Source: a virus. Taken from it: 64,000 nucleotides of DNA. The notes beneath the pieces are model-generated. The model saw only the letters and a program-made list of their open reading frames with translations. It did not search any database and was not told where the DNA came from. How positions within the stretch are numbered: position 1 is the first letter of the stretch; each line of letters starts with the position of its first letter. The stretch covers positions 101,820-165,819 of the IMG/VR virus record IMGVR_UViG_3300027917_000019, one strand, 5' to 3'. Positions 38,328-47,252 of this stretch are shown here, one piece after another. The position numbers and the translations under genes were made by a program.

Positions 38328-40289
38328 CTATTCTTCCAGATTGACCTCTCGCAGCAGTTCAGCCGCGAAGCTCTGTACGCGGAGTAGGATATCGTGGATA
38401 TCCTTTCCAGTAACCGGACGGTTCTCAGACTCAGCGAGGAAGTGCGCGAGGCGGATGCTGTTCTTGATCTGACGTCCGTTTACCTCGTGGAGAGCCAACT
38501 CGCAGATCTCCTCCTCGGTAAGTGTGATTTCGTGTACGTTCAGCAGGTTACGCACGATTTGCTCACGCACGTCGTCCGTGTGGTCGTGGTACTTACGAGC
38601 AAACGAGATGCGAGAGTAGAAGGCTGGATCGATAGCCTTCACACGGTTTGACGTGAGGATGAGAATACCGTTGTAGTATTCCAACAACCTCAAGAACGTT
38701 CCTACCATTGCGTTGCGGTGGATATCTCCGCGAGAACGTTCCTCAAGGAAGATATCGGCTTCGTCAAGAAGAAGCACCGCGTTCCACCTCGCAGCAAGCT
38801 GCAGGACGGTCTGTAGGTTCGTCTCCAAGGTATCCACGTCCACCCCTAGCTCACCCACAGAAGCGGCGTAGAGAGGGCGCTGAACCGTCTCAGCGACGGC
38901 CTCAGCTGTGAGGGTCTTACCAAGGCCCGGCTTTCCGTGGAATAGGAAGGTACAACCGCCTCCCTTACCGTCGATGAAGTCCGTAACCCTGGAAGGATCC
39001 ACGTGTTTGACAAGAGAAAGGATTAGCTTTTTGTCATCAGTGTCCATGACAAGCTGGTCGAACGCATCCTTGCGGAAGTTGATTTCCGTAAGGTCACCCG
39101 CATGGAACCTTCCCCACTGCTTGGCAGCAAACGAGAACCCATGCAAATACGGTTCGATTAGTGCATACTTCTTGTTGTTGAAGGTTGTAACATCTACAGC
39201 CGTTTGATCCTCAGAATCACGCTTGTAGTTTCCAGACGGCTTGACTAGCTCCATACCTTCATGGTCAACCATGGCACGGCCACTAGCAGGAATCTTGCGG
39301 TATCCCCAGAATGTTTTGATATCTAGCGTCCCGGAGCAGAGCACGTAAGAGGGTTCGCGGCTTAGCCTAATGACCTTCTTACCAACTTCCGCTAGCTCTG
39401 CACATTCTTCCTCAGTCACCTCGAATTGAATTCCGAGACTTTCAAGAGTCTTTTCACCCTCCCAGAACGGGATACTCTTGGTGGTGGTTACTCCACACAG
39501 TGCGTTTGTTTCCCAGCGATATACTTGAATAGAACACGTCACGTAGCTGCCGAAAAACGTATGCTGTTCCCTGGCTGAGATAAACTGCGCGGGGGTACGG
39601 AATTCCCCGGGCTGTCCCTTATCTAGGAACATGATAGGAAGGTCAATGTCCGCCGGAAGGGGAGAATCGTCGTAGATACTGCGATTCACCATGTGTGGGT
39701 TGGCAAAACGGTTGAGTACGTTGACTAGGAAATTGAATTCGAACGGCTTGTTCTTCTCGATGATATCTGTGATGTGCTGTTCGTATACAGCGGTATTCCA
39801 CTCACGGAACGCCTCGAACAGGTTGGCATCAACACGCCTAAAGGTTTCCATCATCATATTGACATGATGCGGACCATGAATGTTGATGGCCTCCAAAAAC
39901 TGACTCATAGGGATTACGACGGACTCAAGATCCCTGGTGTTGACAGTTTTTAGCGCAGCCTTGTTCATCAACTCTCGCTGATCGTATTTGAGACATTGCC
40001 ACTCCCAGTTCAAAAGCTTATGAAGCAAGCGAGCGTTGGGCCTGACAGAGACGGCTTCGTGAAGTGTTCCCTTGTTGAGAACCTTGAATTGCACGGACGC
40101 CTTCTTAGGCGCCTTCTTAGCTGCCTTCTTAGGCGCCTTCTTAGCTGCCTTCTTAGGCGCCTTCTCGACAGCCGCCGCACTTTCTACAACCTCTACGGCA
40201 CGAAGAGCTGCCTCTGCACGCTCAAGTGCTTCGCTTAGGGTAGTGATGGCTGCGCTGCTGCCGTTTGACTGATTTGTTTGTTCACTCAT
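38328..40289 (-). CDS. AAA+ ATPase with N-terminal KKAP/KKAA repeats
   Basis: HGKPGLGKTLTAEAVAE, LLDEAD, FLRLLEYY.G, TSNR, D.AF.SRI, NGRQIKN. Confidence 0.9.
   Translation of the reverse strand: MSEQTNQSNGSSAAITTLSEALERAEAALRAVEVVESAAAVEKAPKKAAKKAPKKAAKKAPKKASVQFKVLNKGTLHEAVSVRPNARLLHKLLNWEWQCLKYDQRELMNKAALKTVNTRDLESVVIPMSQFLEAINIHGPHHVNMMMETFRRVDANLFEAFREWNTAVYEQHITDIIEKNKPFEFNFLVNVLNRFANPHMVNRSIYDDSPLPADIDLPIMFLDKGQPGEFRTPAQFISAREQHTFFGSYVTCSIQVYRWETNALCGVTTTKSIPFWEGEKTLESLGIQFEVTEEECAELAEVGKKVIRLSREPSYVLCSGTLDIKTFWGYRKIPASGRAMVDHEGMELVKPSGNYKRDSEDQTAVDVTTFNNKKYALIEPYLHGFSFAAKQWGRFHAGDLTEINFRKDAFDQLVMDTDDKKLILSLVKHVDPSRVTDFIDGKGGGCTFLFHGKPGLGKTLTAEAVAETVQRPLYAASVGELGVDVDTLETNLQTVLQLAARWNAVLLLDEADIFLEERSRGDIHRNAMVGTFLRLLEYYNGILILTSNRVKAIDPAFYSRISFARKYHDHTDDVREQIVRNLLNVHEITLTEEEICELALHEVNGRQIKNSIRLAHFLAESENRPVTGKDIHDILLRVQSFAAELLREVNLEE
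40099..40165. repeat. Tandem 12/24-bp repeat encoding (KKAPKKAA)n
   Basis: GCCTTCTTAGGC/GCCTTCTTAGCT alternating about 5.5 units. Confidence 0.9.
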
Positions 40290-40497
40290 CTTTTTTTAGT
40301 TCCTCAATTAGTTGTTTGTTCTCTTTACGAAGTTTTTTGATCTCATCTCGTTGGGTAGTTACTATTGCAGTTTGTTCAGCTAGCACCTTTCTAAGTCGGT
40401 CACGATCTGCACGAAGACGGGTAATCATCTTGAGTAGATCACTTCGTCCAACACGAGTCAAAGGCTCTTGGTCAGTAATGTCTGCAGCATTATCCAT
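40282..40497 (-). CDS. Small coiled-coil protein
   Basis: Heptad pattern; overlapping ends. Confidence 0.55.
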   Translation of the reverse strand: MDNAADITDQEPLTRVGRSDLLKMITRLRADRDRLRKVLAEQTAIVTTQRDEIKKLRKENKQLIEELKKDE

Positions 40498-40735
40498 AGT
40501 GTACCCAAGCTAGAAGGTAAATGAGGGATCGTATCCAAGCTTTTTCCGACATAACTACTCGTTCTAGTATTCGGGCACACTTATCACGTTCTATGACCAA
40601 TTCGAGAGCTAACGGAAACGTAGTTATTGCTTCGTCTTCCCGATCTTGTGCAACGCGCCGCCAAATACAAACATTTCCTAGGATAATTTGATTCCAAATA
40701 GGGTCCATCACCTTTTCAACCATTCTAAAATCCAA
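40490..40735 (-). CDS. Small protein, W..W family copy 3 (start possibly 40708)
   Basis: SEKAWIRSLIYLLAWV. Confidence 0.6.
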   Translation of the reverse strand: MDFRMVEKVMDPIWNQIILGNVCIWRRVAQDREDEAITTFPLALELVIERDKCARILERVVMSEKAWIRSLIYLLAWVHYG

Positions 40736-40923
40736 GTAATGCTATGAACCCACTCCCTTCGTGAATAGTCTAAGTGTGTTTGTAGGAATTTGACGTCCTT
40801 AGCTTCTAAGACCCATTTGTTAGACAAAGCGTGTAGGGTTTGTCTAAGGGATCCTTCACCGAGTTTTGCTTCCTCGGTCCAGTAAGCCGCACTATCTAGG
40901 AGCACCAAGTGGTTAGTTGGCAT
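40708..40923 (-). CDS. Small protein, W..W family copy 2
   Basis: SRREWVHSITWILEWL. Confidence 0.6.
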   Translation of the reverse strand: MPTNHLVLLDSAAYWTEEAKLGEGSLRQTLHALSNKWVLEAKDVKFLQTHLDYSRREWVHSITWILEWLKR

Positions 40924-41170
40924 AACATAGCCATTCTAGTATGTACGAAAAACAATACGCCCAAGCACGTTCGCTGTTTGTTACAAGTTTTTCTGAATAG
41001 AGTACTTCAACTCTTTCAGCAACCAACTCTCTTTTCAAACGGTGTAACTGCCTGTATGCCCCAGCTTCTCGTTCTACTGCTCGCATCCGCCAGTGACACG
41101 CAGAGCTTCTTATGAAATCTTCTTTACGAGTTGCCACCAGCGTTAGCTCTTTCAGGGTATCCGTGGTCAT
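40913..41170 (-). CDS. Small protein, W..W family copy 1
   Basis: SERAWAYCFSYILEWL. Confidence 0.6.
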   Translation of the reverse strand: MTTDTLKELTLVATRKEDFIRSSACHWRMRAVEREAGAYRQLHRLKRELVAERVEVLYSEKLVTNSERAWAYCFSYILEWLCYAN

Positions 41171-41348
41171 CTATTTCACCATTCCACCATGCCAGCCAGT
41201 GACGCTCGCAGAAGTGGTTAGGTGCGTCGTAGTCGGCTTCCTCTTGGCAGCCTGGTACGACACACCCTACCACATTGTCATACTCATCTATAGAGTGGTT
41301 TCTTTGCGCTCGTTTATCCATTCTTGAAGTCCCGCGTAAGCCTGCCAA
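41124..41348 (-). CDS. Small Cys/His protein (start uncertain)
   Basis: CVVPGC..FCERH. Confidence 0.4.
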   Translation of the reverse strand: MAGLRGTSRMDKRAQRNHSIDEYDNVVGCVVPGCQEEADYDAPNHFCERHWLAWWNGEIDDHGYPERANAGGNS

Positions 41349-41869
41349 AAAGATCGTAGCAAAGGTTCAGGGATATCTCCGTGGTCAGCAGCCTTCATTA
41401 CTTGATAAGCACTAGTGGTGTAAGCCACTACGCTAGTTGTCTTCCAGCCAGGAGGGCAACGCACAAGGTCACGAAGGTTCGACGTCTTGTCTGCAATCTT
41501 CACCATGCGTGCCCTACAATCGGCACGCTGCATGCAGGAGATCTGATACTTACGTTTCTCGTCTCCACTAATACCAGGAGTATTTGTGAGGGCTCCAACG
41601 AGCACTCGGACCTCATTACCAAACATCATGGACAACTCTTCCTCAGTACATTCTGTGTCTTCTAGAACGTCATGAAGAATTGCAACCTGAAGGGTAATGA
41701 GGTCACAAATGCCCGCGTCTACTAGGATAGAGACTGTCTCAATAGGGTGAACCATGTACGGTACGAAAGATGCGTCCCTAGCCTTCCTTCGCTGGTTGCT
41801 ATGCTTATACAGAGCAAAGCTAATTGCGCGAAGTAGTTCTTGACTAAAAGGTATCAGGACTTCTTTCAT
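41288..41869 (-). CDS. Mesh1/SpoT-type HD hydrolase (small alarmone hydrolase-like)
   Basis: H..QRRK..PYMVHP, AILHDVLEDT, VKIADKTSNLRDL. Confidence 0.88.
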   Translation of the reverse strand: MKEVLIPFSQELLRAISFALYKHSNQRRKARDASFVPYMVHPIETVSILVDAGICDLITLQVAILHDVLEDTECTEEELSMMFGNEVRVLVGALTNTPGISGDEKRKYQISCMQRADCRARMVKIADKTSNLRDLVRCPPGWKTTSVVAYTTSAYQVMKAADHGDIPEPLLRSFWQAYAGLQEWINERKETTL

Positions 41870-41872
41870 TAC

Positions 41873-43147
41873 TCACTCCGATGTAAATGCTTCGAGTAGT
41901 TTTGCTACATCGTCGTCGTACGTAGAGACCAGCGTTGCAATCTCCGAAGGTGTCATAGGTCCGATGAGTTGAGCAGACACATCCACAGAGCGGAAATCTG
42001 CCGTGGACTTAGGACGACACAGCACAAACTGTCGGGGCTGGAGGCCCCCGATACGAGCTTCTAGCTTGTGACGATCGTACTGTGTGGAGGTTGCTAGTGC
42101 CTCGATAACACGACGGCGATCGTGGGCCATCTGCAAGCGCCCAACCACCCAGGTTTCACAGTTGGACAAAGCCTTGTAGTCCAGGTCCATAGGGTTCTGG
42201 GAGGCGAGGACAAGCCCCAGACCATACGCACGCGCCTGCTTGAGCATGGTCATCAGGGAGCCCTTAGTGGCCGGCTTGTTGGGGTAGGGGGGCAGGAGCC
42301 CAGCGCATTCGTCCACGAGGAGAGCCGCACGCAGAGCAGAGGTTCCACGTTGACGACGCATCCAAGCCTCCATACTGTCGAACAGTAGTGCGAGAGCAAA
42401 AAGACGCTCATCATCGTCGAGATGCGCTACTGAGTACACAGTAACGTTTGTAGGCTTGTCCGGGCTGTTGGATGTGAGTAGTTCACTCACATCCAGGTCG
42501 ATTCCCGTGCGCCACCTTTCGAAGCTGGGAGCTACAAGAAGGTTGTTTAGACGCGCTGCGAGCGCGTTCCTGCTGGCGCTGGGGAAGGCGTCATCTAGTG
42601 TCAAAGCACCAAACGACCTGAAGGGAGGATCACAGACACCTGTGATCAGCCCTACCAAGTTGACGGCAACACCGTTCGCATGGTAGTGGTTCAAAAGCTT
42701 TGAGAGAAAGCTGTGCTGCTTTGACGAAAGCGGGTTGGCATCCTTCGCGCGAATCATCATGAGAAGCTGAGACACAGTATTCTTGACACGCTCCGGACGC
42801 TGGAGGTTGGCGAACAAGTTGATTTGCTCGCCATGAGAGCCTCCAGGCGTAAGCACACGAAAGTTCATGCGCTTACGCACGTCAAACGGCTGCATAGCCA
42901 GGTTACACATATCTCCCTTGATATCTACGATGATAGTAGGGATACACGCATCCACATACTGCTCTGCGATGTTGATGACGATGCCGGTCTTACCCGATCC
43001 TGTCATGCCCAAAACAGCGACGTGTTTGGTGAACTTATCTACTGGCAGAGCGATTGCTTGCCCAGAGATGAGATGTGTCCCCAGATTGATGTTCGTCATG
43101 TAGTCTCCAAAGGCATTCGAGAATTGGTCACTATAACCACTCGACAA
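41873..43147 (-). CDS. HerA/FtsK-like (DUF87) ATPase
   Basis: HVAVLGMTGSGKT, DIKGD, VDE, KQARAYGLG..ASQNP.DLDYK. Confidence 0.85.
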   Translation of the reverse strand: MSSGYSDQFSNAFGDYMTNINLGTHLISGQAIALPVDKFTKHVAVLGMTGSGKTGIVINIAEQYVDACIPTIIVDIKGDMCNLAMQPFDVRKRMNFRVLTPGGSHGEQINLFANLQRPERVKNTVSQLLMMIRAKDANPLSSKQHSFLSKLLNHYHANGVAVNLVGLITGVCDPPFRSFGALTLDDAFPSASRNALAARLNNLLVAPSFERWRTGIDLDVSELLTSNSPDKPTNVTVYSVAHLDDDERLFALALLFDSMEAWMRRQRGTSALRAALLVDECAGLLPPYPNKPATKGSLMTMLKQARAYGLGLVLASQNPMDLDYKALSNCETWVVGRLQMAHDRRRVIEALATSTQYDRHKLEARIGGLQPRQFVLCRPKSTADFRSVDVSAQLIGPMTPSEIATLVSTYDDDVAKLLEAFTSE

Positions 43148-43164
43148 GGATTTTGCAAGAACGA

Positions 43165-43593
43165 TCAGACTACGGTGACGATTGCGCGGGCATCCGAGAA
43201 GAGCTTACGTGTCTTCTCATTCCACGCCACAAAATACACATAGTCTGCGAAGGTGCGCTCAACAAACTTAGGAAGCTCACCACGGTGTTCGCTGGTCATG
43301 CTCTTGGCAATGGTGAGCATGGGGTGTTCACCTTCGACACGCTGAACCGTAAGGCGGTGCTTCAAAGAGTTCATACGGTTTTCAGCAATCATGCGGCCCT
43401 TAGCCTTCTTATGCTGGTCACCCTTGACTCGTCGAAGTCCGCGATAGCGGCTTCCCTCGTAATCACATGTCCACTCAGTGGGGCGGCACACAGAGATTCC
43501 GAAAACGATCGTATCGCCTTCGATGACTCGTGCCACAGTGATCACGCGGGTAAAGTTCTTGGGATCTGTGAGATATGAGTAATGCGTTGTCAT
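43165..43593 (-). CDS. Hypothetical protein (leaderless; start revised to 43593)
   Basis: 6 nt between -10 of upstream promoter and ATG. Confidence 0.6.
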   Translation of the reverse strand: MTTHYSYLTDPKNFTRVITVARVIEGDTIVFGISVCRPTEWTCDYEGSRYRGLRRVKGDQHKKAKGRMIAENRMNSLKHRLTVQRVEGEHPMLTIAKSMTSEHRGELPKFVERTFADYVYFVAWNEKTRKLFSDARAIVTVV

Positions 43594-43599
43594 GGTTTC

Positions 43600-43628
43600 T
43601 ATATGTGTATGGGTTAGAGGGTTGTCAA
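43600..43628 (-). promoter_or_regulatory. Sigma70-like promoter, leaderless
   Basis: TTGACA-N17-CATATA-N6-ATG. Confidence 0.55.
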
Positions 43629-44068
43629 GAGTCGAAGTCCTGAAAACTGAGTTCTTCGTAAGGAATGAAGTCACGCATGAAGGTTTGTAGATCCATAGTG
43701 TGCGCGTTGTTAGGGGCGCCTTTTTGATAGAGAGAGATCATTAGCTCGTATGAGCCTCCGTTTCGGGACTGTGGGAATACACTACCGACGATAAACTCAG
43801 ACGGTGTTTGCATGTCTTCCAATGTCCCATCCTCTCCCAGCTGCATGGCTTCCCCTTTGGTAATCCACAGTGTTCCAGAAAGGCTTTGTTCAACCTTTTC
43901 TGCAACCTGTTTGCGCATCATCTTGCTGGAGCTGTACTTACCCGTCTTAGCTTCGTACCAAGGAAAGATCAGCTCGTCCATCACTTTGCGAACGAGAGTA
44001 TCCTTTCCATAGGACGCCATTCCTACGAGAGTCAGTAACAGATCTTTTAGGGTTGTTTCTTCGTCCAT
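43625..44068 (-). CDS. Hypothetical protein
   Basis: ORF. Confidence 0.55.
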   Translation of the reverse strand: MDEETTLKDLLLTLVGMASYGKDTLVRKVMDELIFPWYEAKTGKYSSSKMMRKQVAEKVEQSLSGTLWITKGEAMQLGEDGTLEDMQTPSEFIVGSVFPQSRNGGSYELMISLYQKGAPNNAHTMDLQTFMRDFIPYEELSFQDFDS

Positions 44069-44079
44069 ATTTCACCGGC

Positions 44080-44304
44080 TCACTTAGTCACCTCCGTGCA
44101 GAGGAATTCGACGACTTCGTACGTATCGTCTGTGATCTTTTCCATGAATTCGAGGTGATCTAGTGCCGCATCATAGGACAAGAAAGGGAGTTCGGCCCCT
44201 TTTCCGTGAGCGTAGGTGCGAGGTTGATACGGCTTAGAGCGCTTCGCCACAAACTTTCCGTCACTGACCCTGCGAACCTTCCAGCAAGTGAATGTAGTGC
44301 TCAT
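44080..44304 (-). CDS. Hypothetical protein
   Basis: ORF, GGAG RBS. Confidence 0.55.
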   Translation of the reverse strand: MSTTFTCWKVRRVSDGKFVAKRSKPYQPRTYAHGKGAELPFLSYDAALDHLEFMEKITDDTYEVVEFLCTEVTK

Positions 44305-44305
44305 A

Positions 44306-44533
44306 CTATTCTATCTCCGTAGCTGTGGTATTTCGTAGCAGGGCCCACCAACCATCGGCTTTAGCCTTCATTTCGGCTGCGGTGTAAACCTGTCTGACAG
44401 AAAATCGGTTCGAGCGTTGCTGTGACGCCCATTCTCGTGCCTCCTCTTTGCTAGAGGCACGAACCTTCCACACCTCGTCATCTCGACTATCGGTGTGGTT
44501 ACTCGCGTAGACGTAGTAAATACGTCCCCTCAT
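44306..44533 (-). CDS. Hypothetical protein
   Basis: ATGA overlap with ligase stop. Confidence 0.55.
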   Translation of the reverse strand: MRGRIYYVYASNHTDSRDDEVWKVRASSKEEAREWASQQRSNRFSVRQVYTAAEMKAKADGWWALLRNTTATEIE

Positions 44534-45576
44534 ACGTCAGTCCTCTCCCTCAAGAAGATTGGGAACCTAGGCTTACCAGCGTTGGTGTGCCCTTGGTGTT
44601 TGTAGGTGATGGTGCAGCCGATCTCAGGAGGATTTTCACGCTGCTGGTCGCTAAAACCGCTCCCTACGTCGAATTCAATACCGTCTGCGTCCCTGCACTC
44701 AAGTGCTCCGAGACGGCCCTTATGACGTCCTTTGCCTCCCTTGTACCCAACGACAACCGCGTCTGAATCTTGGAAGCTCTTCACCTTGAGAAGAGTTGTG
44801 GAGCGTCCTTCCACGTAGGGAGATCCAGGCTGCCGAAGCATCACTCCCTCACCTCCGAGACCCTCTACTTTCGTGAGGTAGTCTTGAAGGTGGTCTTCTC
44901 CCAAACAAAGCATTTGTGGAAGAACCTCTACATGCTCAGGCCATTTCTCAGCGCGCATTTGCAGCCACGCCATACGCTTTTCGAAGGGGAAGTCAATTCG
45001 TGGAGCATCAAACACGCGATATTTAACTTCTTTCCAATCCTCGCTCTTGTCCTGCCTACGGACAATACTAACTGTACGTTGAAACTCTCCACGCCCTACA
45101 AAGAGTTCTCCATCTAGCTCCAAGAGATGGGGCATGCCCTCCTTGAACCAATCCGGAGCGTGGTAAATGTTTCCAAGCCTTGAGATGAAGTTCTCACCGT
45201 CCCAGTAGGCCCTAACCCCGTCAAGCTTCTCGCTCATCCACCACCCGGTGGGGTCCATCTCTCCATCCCAACTATGGGCGAGAAGAAGGGACGGCTTATT
45301 GGCTTCAGCAGCTGCCTGCTTTGCCACAGTAGCTGCAGTCTTCTTTTTTGCAGACTTCTTTCCCTTCTCCGGGAAAGAGTCCCCGAGACGAGCACGCTCC
45401 GCATCCTCGCCACGAAGCTTTATGATGTGCTTACACGTACGCACATCAATAGAGTTGGACTGGTTACGCCATGCAGGACAAGAGCAGGAGTAAACACCGC
45501 CAACATTTTTCAAGACATAAGGCTTCTTACCGGAGCCTTGTATCTCAGTAGTCTCTCCGTCTTTGAGATCAGTCAT
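44530..45576 (-). CDS. lig: ATP-dependent DNA ligase with N-terminal SWIM Zn finger
   Basis: SCSCPAW..CKH SWIM; SEKLDGVRA, DGEL, FDAP, EGVML, LKVK, PRFP; GAGGAG RBS before 45576. Confidence 0.92.
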   Translation of the reverse strand: MTDLKDGETTEIQGSGKKPYVLKNVGGVYSCSCPAWRNQSNSIDVRTCKHIIKLRGEDAERARLGDSFPEKGKKSAKKKTAATVAKQAAAEANKPSLLLAHSWDGEMDPTGWWMSEKLDGVRAYWDGENFISRLGNIYHAPDWFKEGMPHLLELDGELFVGRGEFQRTVSIVRRQDKSEDWKEVKYRVFDAPRIDFPFEKRMAWLQMRAEKWPEHVEVLPQMLCLGEDHLQDYLTKVEGLGGEGVMLRQPGSPYVEGRSTTLLKVKSFQDSDAVVVGYKGGKGRHKGRLGALECRDADGIEFDVGSGFSDQQRENPPEIGCTITYKHQGHTNAGKPRFPIFLRERTDV

Positions 45577-45898
45577 CAACAGTCTCCTCTTGGGTGGTGA
45601 GCGCATCGAACGCCCCGACGAGCGCACAGATACCGCAGTCCCGGTCGTCATCCCCGTCGTCGATAAGACCGGACCCCCCGCAGGCGCGGCACGCCTCCTC
45701 CGGCGGGAGGGCGCGCTCCGGGTCGCCGCAGTCCACCAGCACATGGGCGTCGGAGAGCGCCTGGCCCACGAGGTCCACCACTCGGAGGAGGGCGCGTAGG
45801 TCTGAGGTGGCATGGTTTTTTAGCAGAAAATCGATCTCACCAAGAGTCTTGCCGGGCCCGACTGTCCACCGCTCCCTGATCTTGTCCAGCTTATTCAT
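45569..45898 (-). CDS. Hypothetical protein with CxxCxGxG Zn-finger-like GC-rich segment
   Basis: CRACGGSG..CGIC. Confidence 0.5.
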   Translation of the reverse strand: MNKLDKIRERWTVGPGKTLGEIDFLLKNHATSDLRALLRVVDLVGQALSDAHVLVDCGDPERALPPEEACRACGGSGLIDDGDDDRDCGICALVGAFDALTTQEETVDD

Positions 45899-45917
45899 TG
45901 TGATGCCCGCAAAGCTT

Positions 45918-46127
45918 TCACCGTTGGTAGGCGCCCGTTGAGAGGATCTCAGAAATCCTTTCAACGGCTTCTAGTAATGTGGTTGCGGGCCATGAATGGA
46001 AGCCCACTTCCACGTTGCGGTGCCACACCAGCACGGAGTCATCCCCGGTACGCCAGCGTAACCAAAAAACCTTGTTAGGCTTACCGCCCCAAACACCCCG
46101 GAACTTGACTTCTATACGCTCACTCAT
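45918..46127 (-). CDS. Hypothetical protein
   Basis: GGAG RBS. Confidence 0.5.
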   Translation of the reverse strand: MSERIEVKFRGVWGGKPNKVFWLRWRTGDDSVLVWHRNVEVGFHSWPATTLLEAVERISEILSTGAYQR

Positions 46128-46189
46128 TATCGTTCTCCATATTCGAGGGTCATACTACTTCCGAGGTGTCACCACCGAGACTTTGAGTT

Positions 46190-46384
46190 TCACAACCTCA
46201 GTCCTTGCCTTTCTAGATCCTTTATGAGGTTCGTAAAGGCTCTCTTGTCACTGGGAGTTGATCCGGTGTATACCGCCCGCCTGCTCTTGTCAGGCGGGCA
46301 AAACCGGACATGGCTGTTCTTAGTCTTCTCGACTAGCCAGCCCTGTTCCTTAGCAGTCTTGATAATCTTCCTCAGGTGTTTCAC
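46190..46384 (-). CDS. hicA: HicA-like small RNA-binding/RNase protein
   Basis: LRKII..A..QGW.V..TKNSHVRF..P..TPSD. Confidence 0.65.
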   Translation of the reverse strand: MKHLRKIIKTAKEQGWLVEKTKNSHVRFCPPDKSRRAVYTGSTPSDKRAFTNLIKDLERQGLRL

Positions 46385-46929
46385 GGCTCCTCCAAATGCC
46401 CGGTATCGTCAGGATACTTTTCACGCCAATCAGCGAGAGCATTCTTGAGGGATGATCCCTTTCCTGGGGTACGCGGGTCACCACTTGGGGAATACACTAC
46501 CGGATCCCTAGACGCTTTCGGGTACCCTACAAACCAGCCGGCACCACCACAATTACGTGCATGCAGCTTACCGATTTGCCCACGGAGTTTATCCCCACCC
46601 CTTGAGTCAATAGCAGTCCACTTTGCCCATACCCCCGCCGACGCGGCCTTGGGACGGTCTGTTTCATCCGGCGCTTTCATGACTACTTTGATAGTGGTTG
46701 GGTCACAGCCATAATTTCGTGGAAGGGCGTCGGCTCCCCTCCTCGTTGTCTTCGAAGCTTCTTTCACGGGCTTAGGCTTGGTATCTTCTTCAGCAGTGTG
46801 GCGCATCTTCCACTCTTCTACTGTCAACCTTTCTGCAACCTCATTTAGAGACTTGCAGCCACAGTTTGGGCAAAGCCCTCCACGAATGGAAAACTTTGCG
46901 GGCGACCCACAATGACTACAGTACAACAT
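46381..46929 (-). CDS. Zn-ribbon-containing hypothetical protein
   Basis: CSHCG..CPNCG. Confidence 0.55.
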   Translation of the reverse strand: MLYCSHCGSPAKFSIRGGLCPNCGCKSLNEVAERLTVEEWKMRHTAEEDTKPKPVKEASKTTRRGADALPRNYGCDPTTIKVVMKAPDETDRPKAASAGVWAKWTAIDSRGGDKLRGQIGKLHARNCGGAGWFVGYPKASRDPVVYSPSGDPRTPGKGSSLKNALADWREKYPDDTGHLEEP

Positions 46930-47252
46930 TACTTCCCCTTCCCCTTCTTCTTGCCAGACCTCTTCTTGAGCTTGGTTGCTGCGGCCTTGACCAGAGAGCG
47001 TCCCTTGCGCGCCTTCTGGACCTCCAGCAGAGAAAGGTGTGCAAGCCCTGCACCCTCCCCCATCTCCACGCCCGTGAGCTTGGACACGGCGAAGTTGGGG
47101 CCATCGTGGTACTGATCGGAGGCCACAACCATCTCAACAAGGTTCTTCCCATCTCCGCGACACCACTTGCGGAAGGGAAGATCGGACTTGGACGCCTTGT
47201 GCTGCCTGCGGAGCCACGTCTTGGTGATAGCCTGAGTCATGACAGATCCCAC
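46929..47252 (-). CDS. Lys-rich basic protein
   Basis: ORF; basic tail. Confidence 0.55.
   Translation of the reverse strand: MGSVMTQAITKTWLRRQHKASKSDLPFRKWCRGDGKNLVEMVVASDQYHDGPNFAVSKLTGVEMGEGAGLAHLSLLEVQKARKGRSLVKAAATKLKKRSGKKKGKGK

Noticed and set aside
38135-38344. 69-aa + strand ORF at the strand switch
   Set aside because: Spans the minus-strand terminator, has no clear RBS or motif; probably non-coding.
45577-45813. 79-aa N-terminal extension of the DNA ligase in the ORF track
   Set aside because: It is an alternative frame of the GC-rich patch in the upstream gene; a GAGGAG RBS precedes ATG 45576.
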